The notes under the pieces were generated by a model. That model did no database searches. It was not told where the DNA came from and worked only from the letters and a program-made list of their open reading frames with translations. 64,000 nt of DNA from an uncultured Alphaproteobacteria bacterium (GTDB lineage Bacteria; Pseudomonadota; Alphaproteobacteria; HIMB59). This document shows, piece by piece, positions 62,301 through 64,000 of the stretch. The position numbers were made by a program, and so were the translations under genes. The stretch covers positions 5,605 to 69,604 of the forward strand of contig CACLUX010000004.1 in the NCBI GenBank assembly GCA_902610255.1. Reading direction: 5' to 3'. Positions within the stretch are counted from its first letter, which is position 1. Each line of letters opens with the position of its first letter.

Positions 62301-63998
62301 TTAAGGTAAAGGCCCGTCCTTTAAGAAACCTTTAAGCGTATTTTCCATTATTCTAGAAACATTATTATTGTAATTATTATGTGAGAGACTACCGCACCAA
62401 GCCAAAGACCCTGGTGCAAACATTGCTCCATTGTTAGGTGTTTTATAGTAAATCATATCAGCTCTGACCATTGGATTTTCATGACCACCACCATAGTAAC
62501 CACGAACAGCAAAGTGTATTTCCTCGTTAACTTGCAACATCATATTAGAGTGATCCTGCGAGCGAGCCAAATAATAAGCATTATGTGGGGTTCCAAATTC
62601 TAAGTCGTATCTGTCTAACTCCAAACCGGCAGCTCCTCCACCAACTAAACCAAAATCACCAATCACCTCATCTGCTCCAATCCCCTCAAAGATCCATGAA
62701 CATTCAGGTTTAAAACTATCTTCTTCTCTTTTGTAGTATGAGGACACGTCAAATCCATAAGATGTAAAAGTTAACCCACAAACTTTAGAAGGTATTCTTC
62801 CTCGAGCTCTCCACATACCTCCATATTTACCATCAAAAGCATTATTGTATTCACCTGGGTTAGATGTCCATGCTCTTGTGCCTGCTTCACCTTTTCGAAC
62901 TTCGGTAATATTAGGGTTGTCAGGATGATACTCACTAATCCAATAAAATCCATCTGACCCTAGATAAAAACATCTACCACCCTGCATTTGATATGACTCT
63001 AGAGCATCCATATATTTCTCAGATGAATACTCAGGGTGACTTCCAGTCATCACAACTTTATAACGATTTAATAAATTTATACCTTCATGTTCCAAATCCT
63101 CGTCTGTCAGAACATCAAAATCAAAACCTTTTTCTTCTAGCCAATCAGTAAGATGTAAGTCGGCATTGAGTTGCCATAATGAAGGAGAAAGCCAATGTCT
63201 GTATTTGGGTCTCATATTAAGGATTGGTCTTAGTCTTGATGATATTGATACACCATGTCCGTCTGAGTGAAGTGAATAAGTTGATAGCCCGTATTCTCTA
63301 TGTTCATTTAAATATAAATCTGCCGGCTCAAGCACAGGCACTTTACCTGCAAGCAATTGTGCTACCACTGAGTTAGTTCCTAGATTATCATTGGAGTAAG
63401 CCATGTAACTATTAGTAGGCAATAAGAATAAAGTTTTTGCAGTTGCTGTCCCCTTGGGAGGTTTAACACAAAATGGAATATAGTCCTCATTTTCTGATTC
63501 CTCTCGTCCGTCTACTCTTAGTCTTGCAGCGTAGACACCACTTTTTAATCCCTCAGGTACTTTTAAAGTAAAGTCTACATCCCATCTTGCATCGTCTATA
63601 TCATCGTCATGAAAATGAATTGCACCGTATTCCTCAGGTTTATGATGGAAAACCATTTCATCCGCTGTCCAGTTATGTCCTGTCATACCTCTGTTTGGCA
63701 TATTAATAATAAATCCGTGGTGATTATTTGGAGAAGTATCAACAATCTTTGTTGAGGCAATGTTTTTGCCAATATTCGCATGAAAATCCCAGGCACCTAC
63801 GACTGTTGACCTGACAGTGGTATTACACTCATCGTAGCTTGATGCAAGTGTTTCAATTTCAGCCTTCGATAGCGCAATATTAGATAATCTAGGTCTGTCT
63901 ATCTTTCCATTAAATGTCTTTGTTTGCTCAGGTAATTCAATAGGGTGAGGTACCTCTTTAAAATGTCCGCCAGAAATATGTCTGCCTGATCTATTGTT
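62301..63998 (-). CDS. N,N-dimethylformamidase large (beta) subunit family, 5'-truncated by the window edge
   Basis: Frame open to the window end (FNGKIDRPR, GAWDF); AIHFHDDD, PTNSYMAYSN, GLSTY, GSHPEY, AAGLELDR. Confidence 0.9.
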   Translation of the reverse strand, partial: NNRSGRHISGGHFKEVPHPIELPEQTKTFNGKIDRPRLSNIALSKAEIETLASSYDECNTTVRSTVVGAWDFHANIGKNIASTKIVDTSPNNHHGFIINMPNRGMTGHNWTADEMVFHHKPEEYGAIHFHDDDIDDARWDVDFTLKVPEGLKSGVYAARLRVDGREESENEDYIPFCVKPPKGTATAKTLFLLPTNSYMAYSNDNLGTNSVVAQLLAGKVPVLEPADLYLNEHREYGLSTYSLHSDGHGVSISSRLRPILNMRPKYRHWLSPSLWQLNADLHLTDWLEEKGFDFDVLTDEDLEHEGINLLNRYKVVMTGSHPEYSSEKYMDALESYQMQGGRCFYLGSDGFYWISEYHPDNPNITEVRKGEAGTRAWTSNPGEYNNAFDGKYGGMWRARGRIPSKVCGLTFTSYGFDVSSYYKREEDSFKPECSWIFEGIGADEVIGDFGLVGGGAAGLELDRYDLEFGTPHNAYYLARSQDHSNMMLQVNEEIHFAVRGYYGGGHENPMVRADMIYYKTPNNGAMFAPGSLAWCGSLSHNNYNNNVSRIMENTLKGFLKDGPLP

Positions 63999-64000
63999 GA

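Noticed and set aside
62301-63701. 466-aa ORF taken as a complete protein
   Set aside because: The frame stays open to the window edge with further DMFase-type motifs, so the gene is 5'-truncated

Overview
Very AT-rich, gene-dense chromosomal segment of a streamlined marine alphaproteobacterium. Gene content (Pgi, sugar ABC transporter, Coq7, MntX-like transporter) suggests an HIMB59/SAR11-grade lineage, which is an inference. About 1-42.7 kb is core genome: aa3 cytochrome c oxidase operon (cox3 broken by a 1-nt homopolymer frameshift), lipid A operon, purD, ribF-ileS-lspA, tRNA-Leu(CAA), MntR with a divergent Mn transporter and perfect operator, dsbB-coq7, argH-lipoprotein-lysA, hisC-tyrC and a SAM-II riboswitch before metX-metW. 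About 42.7-48.3 kb is a patch of small unrecognised genes around tRNA-Ala(GGC). It holds two 29-bp palindromic boxes bracketing phased-A-tract DNA upstream of an unknown 4-gene operon, plus dif/Xer-like 28-29 bp sites bracketing a two-gene unit. About 48.3-64 kb is a catabolic block: a polyol/sugar ABC transporter with DhaK/DhaL but no DhaM, a Gfo/Idh/MocA plus TIM-barrel isomerase pair, and a tightly coupled 7-gene run (dimethylformamidase-like large and small subunits, BauB-like cupin, AttM-type lactonase, xylose isomerase, HAD phosphatase, aldo-keto reductase). No CRISPR array, integrase, transposase or rRNA was seen. All calls are by eye, without database searches.
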